Source: Eledone cirrhosa (taxonomy: Eukaryota). From it: a stretch of 64,000 bases of DNA. Below are positions 53,767 through 64,000 of the stretch, one piece after another. Every line of letters starts with the position of its first letter. The first letter of the stretch is position 1. A program made the translations under genes and the position numbers. The stretch is taken from the NCBI GenBank assembly GCA_964016885.1, contig OZ024740.1, forward strand, positions 378,510,001-378,574,000, written 5' to 3'. Below the pieces are notes generated by a model, which was not told the DNA's origin, did no database searches, and saw only the letters and a list, made by a program, of their open reading frames with translations.

Positions 53767-55241
53767 CTACCTACCTACCTACCTACCTTTTTCATAATAA
53801 CATGTGTAGTTCTCTACTGGTATTTCTTCAAAGGCAAATCTTTAAGTGAGTTGTAACTTAAATGACTTTAAAAAGAGGCAGCTAGCACCAGGTTTAGCTT
53901 AAAAGATAACCATTGAAAATTAATCAATTGTCCTTTTACAATTCAATTTTTTAAAATCATTAATTACTTGAGAGGTGGGGATTTTGGCAAAAATGATTGC
54001 CGATTGAGTTAAAAAAATTATTTAGCTCAGCACCTTACAATTCTGACTGTTGTGTTGATCATTGTCTTGAACGTTAAAAGATTAAAAATAAAACTACCAC
54101 AAAAACCCAAGCCAAATTCAATTGTCTGAAAATGTATGTTACCGTTTCGTAACAGAAATCATAATTTATTGCCTAGAATAAATAAATATTTTTTTTTACG
54201 CAATGATCCGGTTTCTCTACCATTTTTACATATTTTTATATTTAAAAAAATTAAATTGATTTCTCTATGTTAGTTTTAAAAACTTGATGGTAAATAATGT
54301 GAAAGAGCAAACCTCTTCATAAAGGTATTTTGCTAGCAAAAAAATCCAATTTATTCAACTTAAATATAAAATGAGTGAATAGCAAGAGTCATGAACTCAA
54401 AACGGAAGGCGTTATTTCAATTGGTTTTATTAATAACAAGTCCAGCTTTACATTACAAAAGATATTAAAAAACGAATTTTCATTTTGATTCAGCTCAATA
54501 GTTAATTCTTTTTGTGGAATGAGAATTGTGTTATTCATACATTTCCCTCGGGTCTTATTTATTTACTTGCATGAGTAAAGTGAAGTGGTTTCGATTAGAA
54601 AGTAAAATCAATTCGCTGCTTTTGCTTGCTAGGAGCTTCTAAGTAAGTAAGTAAGCTAATCTCGTTTGTCAATTGATAGCGAATGATTTCAAGAAAGTGC
54701 TGTCTAGATTCCTTACTTCATTTACTATTCTGCCTTACACGTTAACAATAACTATGTGTATTTATTTTATACTAATAATTTCTAGCACTCTAAGTAAAAG
54801 CTATCCGATCGTTTCTCAATTCTTCGAACACAGTCTGCCTTTAATTTTTGGATTTATTAGCTTGAGTTTTTTACTTTCTCATTCTCCTTGCACATATTTT
54901 ATATACTTCGACGTGTAAGGATCACGATATAATACCTTTTCTTCAACGGTCGCTGTTTTTTTTTAAATAGCGTATTCTATTCCAATTAAACATTTCGGTT
55001 ACATCTGTTTTTGTTTGAGTCTCTATATATTATCCCCCTTTCCACAACTAATTTTTTTCTCTTTCATCGAAACCATTCTAGAACAGTTTCATTCCTTCTA
55101 TAAAGATCTCAGCTCTCTTTGTATACACTTCTACATTTTAGGAAACCCTCAGTCACCAGTCTCTTTAAACAAACATAAAATCATTTACATTCCCAGTCTA
55201 ACTGAGGAACATCTCTTTAAATTAAATTTACTGCCACTATA

Positions 55242-56141
55242 TACGAGGTGTGTCAGAAAAGTTCCGGGACTGATGTCACAAAAGATTTCTTTCAAACCCA
55301 AACTTCACACTAAGAGTTTTCTTCTTCAAAGTAATCCCCCTGGACTATGTAACTGTAATCTTAGCTCTCTGCAGCGATCAAACCTTTTTCTTCATAATTT
55401 TATAAACATGTCCTCTGTTTCAGGTCGTCAAGCAATAAGCACAGAGCAACGAATAAACTTGAAAACTCCGCCAGAAGCACTGGGATTGCTGCAGCAAGTG
55501 TATGGAGATGAAACAATGTCACACTCACGTGTTTTTGAGTGGTGCAAGAGGTTTAAAGAAGGACGCGAGGACGTGAAAGATGACCCTTGGAGCGGAAGGC
55601 TCTCAACAACCAGGACTGAGGTCAACGTTGAGCGCGTCAGGCAGATGGTGCGTAGCGATCGTCGGCTGACTGTTCGACTGATGGCAAATGAGCTGGGCAC
55701 GAATCTGGACAGTGTCTGGAAGATTCTCACTGAAGATTTGGACATGCGGAAAGTCTGCGCGAAGATGGTGCCAAAACTGCTGAACGATGACCAGAAGGGT
55801 CGACGCATGTAAGTGTGCCAAGACATCCTCGAGCGTCTTGAAACCGAACCAGACTTGCTAGGGACAGTCATCACCGGTGATGAGTCATGGATCTTCGAGT
55901 ACGACCCGGAGAGGACCCGTTTTGAATACGTGGGCGACATCAAAAAGGCCGTGACGACGGAACTGCGGAGGATCCCGGAAGAATCCTCCCAGGAGTGCAT
56001 GCAAGCGTGGCAGAAAAGGATGGAAAAGTGCATTAGACTCCAGGGGGATTACTTTGAAGGAGAAAACTCTTAGTGTGAAGTTTGGGTTTGAAATAAATCT
56101 TTAGTGACATCAGTCCTGGAACTTTTCTGACACACCTCGTA
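55242..56141 (+). mobile_element. Mariner transposon, internally deleted, ~100-bp TIRs
   Basis: TACGAGGTGTGTCAGAAAAG...CTTTTCTGACACACCTCGTA with TA TSDs. HTH region VFEWCKRFKEGR, KVCAKMVPK, TGDESW; central catalytic region missing; ends GDYFEG; in-frame stop at 55810. Confidence 0.95.
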
Positions 56142-58061
56142 TAGTCAAGTTTTTATCCCATTTTACTTCACGATGTTTACTGTATGTCTAACCACACAAT
56201 ATAAACTTTTGGCTAAAGCTCAGTCCTCAAATTTACAGAGTAGAAAAAACATCCTATGTAACATTCAAGCCTTTCTTCAGAACATGATACAACTTTGAAT
56301 GGGCATCGAAACGGGATTGCGAATTCAATTCACAGAGAGCTTCCTTCTCACTCTATGTTTTACAATACTTGTTAATACTTGTTCTCACTTTCATATAAAA
56401 CTATGAATTAGTGTGTGTGAGTGGAGGAGGTAAATATTATACTGGTATTCAGTTTGTTGACTCAATGATGAAATAATATAATATTGACTAATTAAATTTC
56501 TATTTTAATTAACTACATGGTGCATGACGGGAATAATATTAAAGTCCCGTTTATGTATACTGGTTAAGAACAAATGACACACTGTATTGCGACTCATTTT
56601 AGAAACACTTAGTATTCCATCAAAAATGCTTTGTAAGTTTTCTGTGGGAATTCTTTACTAATTTCCCATTTTAAAAGCAAATACATTTTCAGATGTTCGT
56701 TTCTGTGATTCTATCATGTTCCAGGGTGTCTACAGCGAAACTCTTTACCACCGATTTCTCCAGGTAGGCAATAAGTTCAAATCGTTAAGAAGGGAATTGG
56801 CGATGAGGTATTTTTCTTTTTCTAAATCCATACCAAGCTCCAAGTTCGAAACGCCGAGCGTTTATTTATTTTTCAAGGTTCTTCATAAGTACTTGTTTTA
56901 ACACATTATAATAATATGACAGTACCTCACGCGATTTGTTGTAAAAAGGTAGATGAAAAAGAACATGGAAATGTATTTACATTTTCTCATATGATATCGC
57001 AAATTTGATTTCAACTTTTTAATTAACTTGTATAGATTCGCTCATTAATTCAATAAACCGTTATTGTCAAAGGCCGAATAAGCAGTCGCCATTCAGCTGT
57101 GTAACGATAATATACTGTAATAATATTTTCATCACTACTCAGTTTCTATTGGTAGTAAAAATAGAAATGTATTCAGTAGTGTTTATATCGATATTTGTCG
57201 AGAAGGAATGTATAGTTGAATATGATTAATTACTTTGACTGACAACGTACACAGTCGAATTTAAATTTACTTAATGTAATATTAATCATCTTATGAAAAC
57301 AAATCTGACCTCATTACTCTGAACCTTTCTAGAAATTGGATTTTAGTACTTCAGTTATATGTACTGGTTTCTAAGCTTAGCTGAAAGTATTTATGACAAT
57401 GAAGATTGATATTTTTGTTTATCGATGAAGCAAATAACATTTTATAGTTAGCTATAAATGTCATTACAATGTTGATAAATAATGCTTAAGATCATAAAAG
57501 AAATAAACATATTATAATTACAAAGATAACACGTGAGTAAAGTAACGTAATCTATTATTTTTATTATGATGACAGCTGAAATATTTTCTCCTAGCAACGA
57601 TCTAGGTCTATAACATTCTTAGTGTGCACTTTTTATATTATAAAATAGCCAAAGAGAGAGGGACAGTACCCATGTTAACATAACCTTGGACATCGGAGAA
57701 ATTGATATTGTTGATGACAAATGTCTGAAAAAAACAAGTATTGGGAGTGGGAGTTCCATGGGATTGTAATTCTTAGGCGGAATCAGTAGACAGAATATTT
57801 TGTTCATAGTATAATATATGAGCTTGGAGGTAAGACACACTAAGAATTACAGAAGAATAAATAGGGATAGATCGAGCGGGGATAGGAAGAGGGTATGCAG
57901 ACGGCTAGTTCAAAAGAGCAAAACAAATTGTATTAGTGATAGAAGATACAGAAGAAACAGTGGGTCTGTGAGCTAGTGACTGAAAGATATTAGTGATTTC
58001 ATAAAAGTTCTTTTGGATTAGGTGGCCATTTTGTTATTGTGTAGTCAGGGAACGGAGATCA

Positions 58062-58097
<36 letters not shown>

Positions 58098-58237
58098 CCA
58101 AAAGTTAAACAAGGTTCATTGATTAATCAATGAATATAGATTTACAATAGATTAAAAGCACTCAACAAGGAAGTTTTCTGGAGTTATTAATATTAATTCA
58201 AAATATTAATAAATATAGACATTCATGTGGTCAAATA

Positions 58238-58303
58238 TATTTTATTATATATATTTCAGAGGTACTGTGCTGTTTCCTCTGTACGTCTTCATCAGATAAA
58301 ATA
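58238..58303 (-). ncRNA. Type I hammerhead ribozyme motif
   Basis: Minus strand: TATTTTAT CTGATGA AGA-C-GTAC...GTAC-C-TCT GAAA TATATA TA ATAAAATA; perfect 8-bp stem I. Confidence 0.8.
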
Positions 58304-58398
58304 AATTGATGTAACTGTGGTGATGGTTCAATTCCAGTCTTGACTGCCAAGACTGGAATTGAACCATCACCACAGTTGAGGTATGTCAGACATCAATT

Positions 58399-58461
58399 TA
58401 TTTTATCTGATGAGGACGTACTGAGGAAACAGCACAGTACCTCTGAAATATATATAAAATA
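58399..58461 (+). ncRNA. Type I hammerhead ribozyme motif, small deletion near the cleavage site
   Basis: TATTTTAT CTGATGA GGA-C-GTACTG loop CAGTAC-C-TCT GAAA TATATATA AAATA. Confidence 0.6.
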
Positions 58462-58651
58462 TATTTGATCACATGAATGTCTATATTTATTAATATTTTG
58501 AATTAATATATATATATACACAGTGGTATCCACAGTAATTTGTGGGGTCAATTCTGCATGAAGAACTCGATGTAATCCATATGTTGAAAATGTTGTAGGT
58601 TAAGATAAATCTCGGAAAACAATAAAACATTGAAAGGAAAACAGAGTCATG

Positions 58652-58920
58652 ATATAAGTTAAAACAATGAAATAAAAAGTCAAGTCATTAGAGATATACT
58701 TCACTGCTTTACAATCGTTTCTAGATGATGATAATATATTGTAGCTATACTCAGTTATTGATCTATGTAAGGTTAGTTTATCTGATAGTTTGTAACTAAC
58801 CTTACATAGATCAATAACTGAGTATAGCTACAATGTATTATCATCATCTAGAAACGATCGTAAAGCAGTGAAGTATATCTCTAATGACTTGACTTTTTAT
58901 TTCATTGTTTTAACTTATAT
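58652..58920. repeat. 269-bp near-perfect palindrome
   Basis: About 127-bp arms with two mismatches and a 15-nt loop (58779-58793); contains GAAACGATCGTA at 58851-58862. Confidence 0.92.
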
Positions 58921-59465
58921 ATAGAAAGAGAGAGCACTCTCCTGTGTTTTCCTCTTTATATTGTATTTTGAAGTGCCCAGGAAAGGTCTTTCCTTTGAGC
59001 TCATTAAATTAAAGGATTATAAGCGAGTCCTTTACTCCGTTATTTTACTTGCTATTTGCTCCTTGCGTTCTCTGCTGTTGAGCACCATACATTGAATAGT
59101 ATAGGCTGCCATTTCTAGCGGCTTGTTCTGTTCATACCACCGGTCACTGCCTCGCGCACCTATTTCCCCTCTGTTTAGACGTGCTACAGGTCAGTTACTC
59201 TAATTCTCTATAGTGGTGCGGACAATATCGGCTTAGCAATTGCTGATGATCCACAAAGTTGAATTGGAACCCACTATCTTCCTCCTGGTGAAACAATATC
59301 CTAGTGAGTCTGTACATGTATGATTTAGTTTTTCATTTTAATTTATCCTTTTAATTATAATGTTTTTCCTAAACCTCTCTTAGTTTATATTATCTTCACG
59401 CTGGTGGTTTAAAATCCTGTAAACGAAAACACACACTCCTGTGTTTTTCCTCTCTATATTGTATG

Positions 59466-59532
<67 letters not shown>

Positions 59533-59572
59533 GATATTAAACAAATGGAAACTATATTTATAAAACCATATT

Positions 59573-59638
59573 TATTTCATTATACATATTTCAGGGATAC
59601 CATATTAAAAATATGGCATGCCTTCGTCAGATAAAATA
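59573..59638 (-). ncRNA. Type I hammerhead ribozyme motif in the 3' pseudo-LTR
   Basis: Minus strand: TATTTTAT CTGACGA AGG-C-ATGCCATATT TTT AATATGGTAT-C-CCT GAAA TATGTA TA ATGAAATA. Confidence 0.85.
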
Positions 59639-61332
59639 CAATATATAAACAGTTTTATAAATAATTTTGACGTACCATATTATAAGCGACCGTTATATTA
59701 GGAAGCTGTCTGGATATTGATGTGTTTATAATTATTTAGTTATAGTGTTAAGCACAGTTAGAAAAAAGACGGAGAGAAAGAAGAAACGGAGGTAAAGAAA
59801 AAACAGAGAGAGAGAGGGGAGAGAAAGAAAAGGAGAGAGAGAAAAAATATATAAATAGATAGGAGGAGGGGAAAAAGAAACAAGAAAGAAACAAGAAAGA
59901 AATAAGAGAGGCAAACGAAAGCAACAGATAGATAATAATTCACCATACATGTAGAGAAACTCAAGAGAGAGGGAGTACTATATATAGAGAGAAGGATAAT
60001 AATTATTTAGTTATAGTGTTAAGCACAGTTAGAAAAAAGACGCAGAGAAATAAAAAAACGGAGATAAAGAAAAAAACGGAGAGAGGGGGGGGGGAAGAAA
60101 GAGAGAGAAAATATAAATAGATAGGAGGAAGTGAAAAAGAAACAAGAGAGAAATAAGAGAGGCAAACGAAAGCGACAGATAGATAATAATTCATCATACA
60201 TAAAGATAAACTCAAGAGAGAGGAGAAAGTGCTATATATAGAGAGAAGGATACAGTTACATCTTTACGTCAAGTCATATCAATTTGAATTATCAATTCAT
60301 ATGAAATGGATAATAAGAATGCAAATATCAATATTCATGAATGAGACATAGATATATAATATGAGAAAATAACATTGTTCAATAATGACCATATGTTTAG
60401 TTTAAAACTCTGAGGTCAATATACCAAAATCTGAGATAAAACCTTCAAAAAATTACCCTATTTATAAAAATACGGAAATATATATGTATATATATATACA
60501 CGTATATGTACTTTCTGAAAAAAGAAAAAAAGAGAAAATTATGTCTAACTCTAGTCAATAATATAGACATACACATGACTTCACCTGATCAACTCTATAA
60601 TTTCTTGTGTCATAAAAAATTTTTTCTTGTATTATAAAAATTTCACGATATATATATAAAATATACGATTAATATTCATGTCGTCACATATATGATTACC
60701 GTTCATGTATTTAATATTATGCATATCTGTAACATATACAGAACCATACCTATATATATATATGTATATATAAAATATCTGCGTGAGTTTTCCAGCATCT
60801 TTACGCACATATATAGAGACACATGAACACATAAAATAAACTCTATAAACCTTCTATATGCATGTTAATACACATATGGCCTTTGTATAGAGATAATCAA
60901 ATATCAATATATCAGCACAGAAACATCAAAACATTAAAATACTTTCAACACACTATAGAGTATTTCAGGCCAAAAACAATATGCTTCATATATTTACTAC
61001 AGAAATCTATCCTTCCTATATTTCAAACAATATATTGCAAAGTTAGTTAGAAGCTATCAGAGTAAAAAAACAAATAAAAAACAAAAATTATTTAACAAAA
61101 AATTATTTAAAAGATTTAGAAGACCCAGTGATTCTACGGATGCCCTTATATTTAGTATAGAAATTTATCTTGCGTAAAATATATTTAATACATTGGGAGC
61201 ATATACATTTTAGAGTAGTTTAATTACATCTTTGTTTATATTTAGGAAGAAGGTTTAAAAAGAAAAAGGTGAAGGAATCAAATGATTTATCGTCAGGTTT
61301 CATATATTAACTAAATTTCTTAATTAATTATA

Positions 61333-62200
61333 CTACATTTTAAATTTATATTTATATTTAAACGTTGAGTTCAATCTATGTCTACAGCAACTGAATAAAT
61401 TGCTCCTTAAATTAAGGGAATTTTTGGACTTTAATATAAAGAATACCTCCTCCACACAGAGATCACATGTCTCTGATGAGGAATTAAAAGGAATCCCTTT
61501 TGAGACAATATTCCAAAACATCGAATACTCAACATTATCTCGTTTAAGTTGCCAGAGTAAGCTTGATAGCGAAGTTGAGGATTTTTTGTTTGGATCTGTG
61601 AAAGAATTCTTATGATTATTGAAGCGAAGTTTAAATTCTGTCGAGGTGGAACCAACATAGTTGAAAGAATTTAAGTTAGTTTTAACATTACAATTGTATA
61701 CTACATTTTTAACTAAGCAATTGTTATTTAGCGGACAGTTAGATTTATTTCTACAGTTACAGTTATTTAATTGAATATTGTTTGGGTTATTATTGGTATT
61801 TTGGTTAGGTTTTAAATTCCTATTATTAATTCTGTTAATATTTTGTGCTAAATTTTTGGTGGACGAGTAAGTTAATTTTATAGTATGTCTATTAAAAATT
61901 GAGTGATATTTATGTGTTCTAGGGAAGCGTTTGTCAAGAGAATTAAAGAATAGTTTAGCAATATGGGTTTTAATATTTAGTGAAAAAGGGGGGGGGCAAA
62001 CCATATTATATTTCTAGTTCTATTTCTTTTTCGGCTTTTGGAATTATTGTAATGTTTTTTATTATAGTTGTTAATGTTGTTACCGTAATTAAAATTGTTA
62101 TTATTTTGGTTAGTTTGCTTATTATTATCGATGTACTTAGTTTTATCACTATATCCTGCTCTAGCTAACGCTTCATTGTAATACTGCGCTTTTTCATCAA
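61333..62200 (-). pseudogene. PLE RT-thumb/linker and GIY-YIG endonuclease (C-terminal part)
   Basis: YYNEALARAGY, RNIIWFAPP, IFNRHTIKLTYS, CNCRNKSNCPL, VVY...YVG, FKLRFNNH, CDLC..E and CRH. Frameshift in a G homopolymer near 61990. Confidence 0.9.
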
Positions 62201-62264
62201 AAATATGGTACGTCAAAATTATTTATAAAACGTCAAAATTATTTATAAAACTGTTTATATATTG

Positions 62265-62330
62265 TATTTTATCTGACGAAGGCATGCCATATTTTTAATA
62301 TGGTATCCCTGAAATATGTATAATGAAATA
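62265..62330 (+). ncRNA. Type I hammerhead ribozyme motif in the inverted 5' pseudo-LTR
   Basis: Reverse-complement copy of 59573-59638; predicted cleavage after A62322. Confidence 0.85.
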
Positions 62331-62458
62331 AATATGGTTTTATAAATATAGTTTCCATTTGTTTAATATCGTATATCTACTCCAAAAACTTGTCGAGTGC
62401 TTTATATCAGTTATAAAATATTTACTTGTTGTAACCCAACAATTTTAAATAAAACTTT

Positions 62459-62509
<51 letters not shown>

Positions 62510-62519
62510 CTTTGATAGG

Positions 62520-63053
62520 TTTCGGTAAGTGTTGGCCCAGGCCATGTCTAACTTAATAGCACCACCTGGCGAAGTCTTTCAAATCAGGATTTGGACACCA
62601 TTGCCCACTAAAGTAGAGAGTTATTGTTTACATATCCGGGAGTAAGAGGTTTATCCGGCATTTCTTGAAAGAATTTGTCCAAAGACTTCTTGTTTCTGTT
62701 TTGGTGTAATGTTAAAGAAAGCGGGGCCAATTGAGGTGAAATAATTGTGCCGTATTGTTGTTATGATATGCGAGTGTGATTTTTGTTGTGGGCGGATAGC
62801 ATGGGGCCCAAGCCTTGGGTGTACCTTAAAGGTGATGCCAACATCATTTGGGCAATGCTGATGGAATATCTTACACATCATGCAGATGATGTAGCGCTCA
62901 CGGCGACGTTGGAGAGAATAAAGTTTGAGTTTTTCTAGTCAGCTCCAATAGTCAAGGCCTGATATGCCATCTATCTTTTTCGTGATTGACCTTTGAGGAG
63001 TTTCAATTTTCATGATACTTTGTTTCGCGTGTGGAGACCACAGTGGACAACAG
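62520..63053 (-). mobile_element. CR1-group LINE 3' fragment
   Basis: Minus strand YCCPLWSPH...QRSITKKI...LKLYSLQRRRERYII; bounded by (TA)n. Confidence 0.75.
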
Positions 63054-63230
63054 TATATATATATTTATCCTGGGTTCAATTGGGGGTAACCACAGTAAGT
63101 AAAGTACTCAATACATAGCAGAGTATAAATATTTAATATAGAAATTGCTCCTACAGGACGAGAAATGTTTCATTCAGTGATTTCTAAAGAATGAAACAGT
63201 TCTAGTCCTGTAGAATCTCATCTATATTAA

Positions 63231-63279
<49 letters not shown>

Positions 63280-63456
63280 GTCGTATGGTTGCTAGGATGC
63301 GTCCATAGGCAGTATGCCGGTTGAGCACTCTATTCTCCTGCGGAGCAGAGTATGATAAAATGGAAAACCAAAAATCAGTGATGCATCGGAACTGATTTAT
63401 TACGTATTACAATTGTTTCTCTTTATATATATATATATATAATATGTTAAAGGCAC

Positions 63457-63492
<36 letters not shown>

Positions 63493-63494
<2 letters not shown>

Positions 63495-63696
63495 GATGAA
63501 ATAAAAAATGTAACTGGAGTCTTATTTTTAAATAGGGAGGGTCTGTGGTTTTTCTCACATTGTGAGAAAAACCACAGACCCTCCATCTCAACTCTACTTT
63601 TGAAAAGCAGAAGAACTGCGAAACCGGTAAAGGAACCAAATAAATATATATATTTTTTTAAAAATAAGACTCCAGTTACATTTTCGATTTCATCTT
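63493..63696. repeat. Foldback element with ~40-bp terminal inverted repeats, a 24-bp inner hairpin and a variant hammerhead core
   Basis: AATGTAACTGGAGTCTTATTTT / AAAATAAGACTCCAGTTACATT; hairpin 63536-63584; TTGAAAA GCAG AAGAA CTGC GAAA CCGG TA. Confidence 0.75.
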
Positions 63697-63783
63697 ATTT
63701 TCTTTATACTTTCACTCGTGTAGGACACCTCGGTTACTTTTCATTTTGTAAAAAAACCTCACTTTCTAATATATATATATATA

Positions 63784-64000
63784 TATTAAACAAAGCGTTG
63801 AACTTCGCTACCACTTATACCACCGTCAATGGTTTAGACAGCGAAATCATCGCTCACTGTTGGAAAACCCTCCTCTTCAACGACAGAGTAGCCTGGGCAA
63901 AGGAGTCTACAACTTCAGACCTATTCGACGTCTCCATGGGATCGTTTGACAGTGCTGACGTATGTGACTTGGTTGGCCTATTTATCTTAGACATATTACG
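63784..64000 (+). mobile_element. Penelope-like (Naiad-type) RT fragment continuing past the window
   Basis: Open frame LNKALNFA...KTLLFND..AWAK...LFDVSMGSFDSADVCDLVGLFIL, starting at a (TA)n tract. Confidence 0.85.

Larger units (their letters stand above)
58191..58508. repeat. ~320-bp palindrome of Penelope pseudo-LTR origin, within (TA)n-flanked sequence
   Basis: Arms are reverse complements around loop ACTGC (58343-58347), with one small insertion in the right arm. Confidence 0.9.
59530..62461 (-). mobile_element. Penelope-like element (Naiad-type), 5'-truncated with an inverted pseudo-LTR
   Basis: 59530-59681 is the reverse complement of 62202-62373; GIY-YIG ORF between; (TA)n on both flanks; ~271-bp tandem duplication at 59728-60252. 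Confidence 0.9.

Noticed and set aside
59236-59306. CTGATGA...GAAAC as another hammerhead
   Set aside because: Stems I and III do not pair convincingly. The region has short terminal direct repeats and may be a decayed pseudo-LTR.
59732-60215. Phe/Leu/Ser-rich ORFs
   Set aside because: Translations of low-complexity purine-rich repeat in the PLE 3' region.
61200-61330. SECIS element downstream of the Naiad-type ORF
   Set aside because: No proper helix II spacing and no in-frame UGA in the visible ORF.

Overview
AT-rich, repeat-dominated animal genomic DNA. The SINE, LINE and Penelope families resemble those of octopodid cephalopods; this is an inference from recalled family features, not a database result. 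There is one 200-N assembly gap (9850-10049). The only confidently identified intact protein-coding gene is an intronless COQ8/ADCK3-4 atypical kinase (5521-7464, +). The rest is a mosaic of mobile elements: a Chapaev3-like DNA transposon, an internally deleted mariner, Helitron-like elements, CR1/RTE/Tx1/CRE-like LINE fragments, two CsRn1-type Ty3/Gypsy LTR elements, many tRNA-derived SINEs, and several Penelope-like (Naiad-type) elements in (TA)n tracts. The most notable non-coding signal is a set of minimal type I hammerhead ribozyme motifs. One family (copies near 10.4, 58.3, 58.4, 59.6 and 62.3 kb) shows stem II covariation and an invariant C-C mismatch. Several foldback elements keep only the GAAA/stem III/cleavage-site half of a hammerhead. 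Other oddities are a PHD finger inside an RTE reverse transcriptase and a composite LTR with an internal, amplified tRNA-Trp primer-binding site. Boundaries of decayed repeats are approximate.
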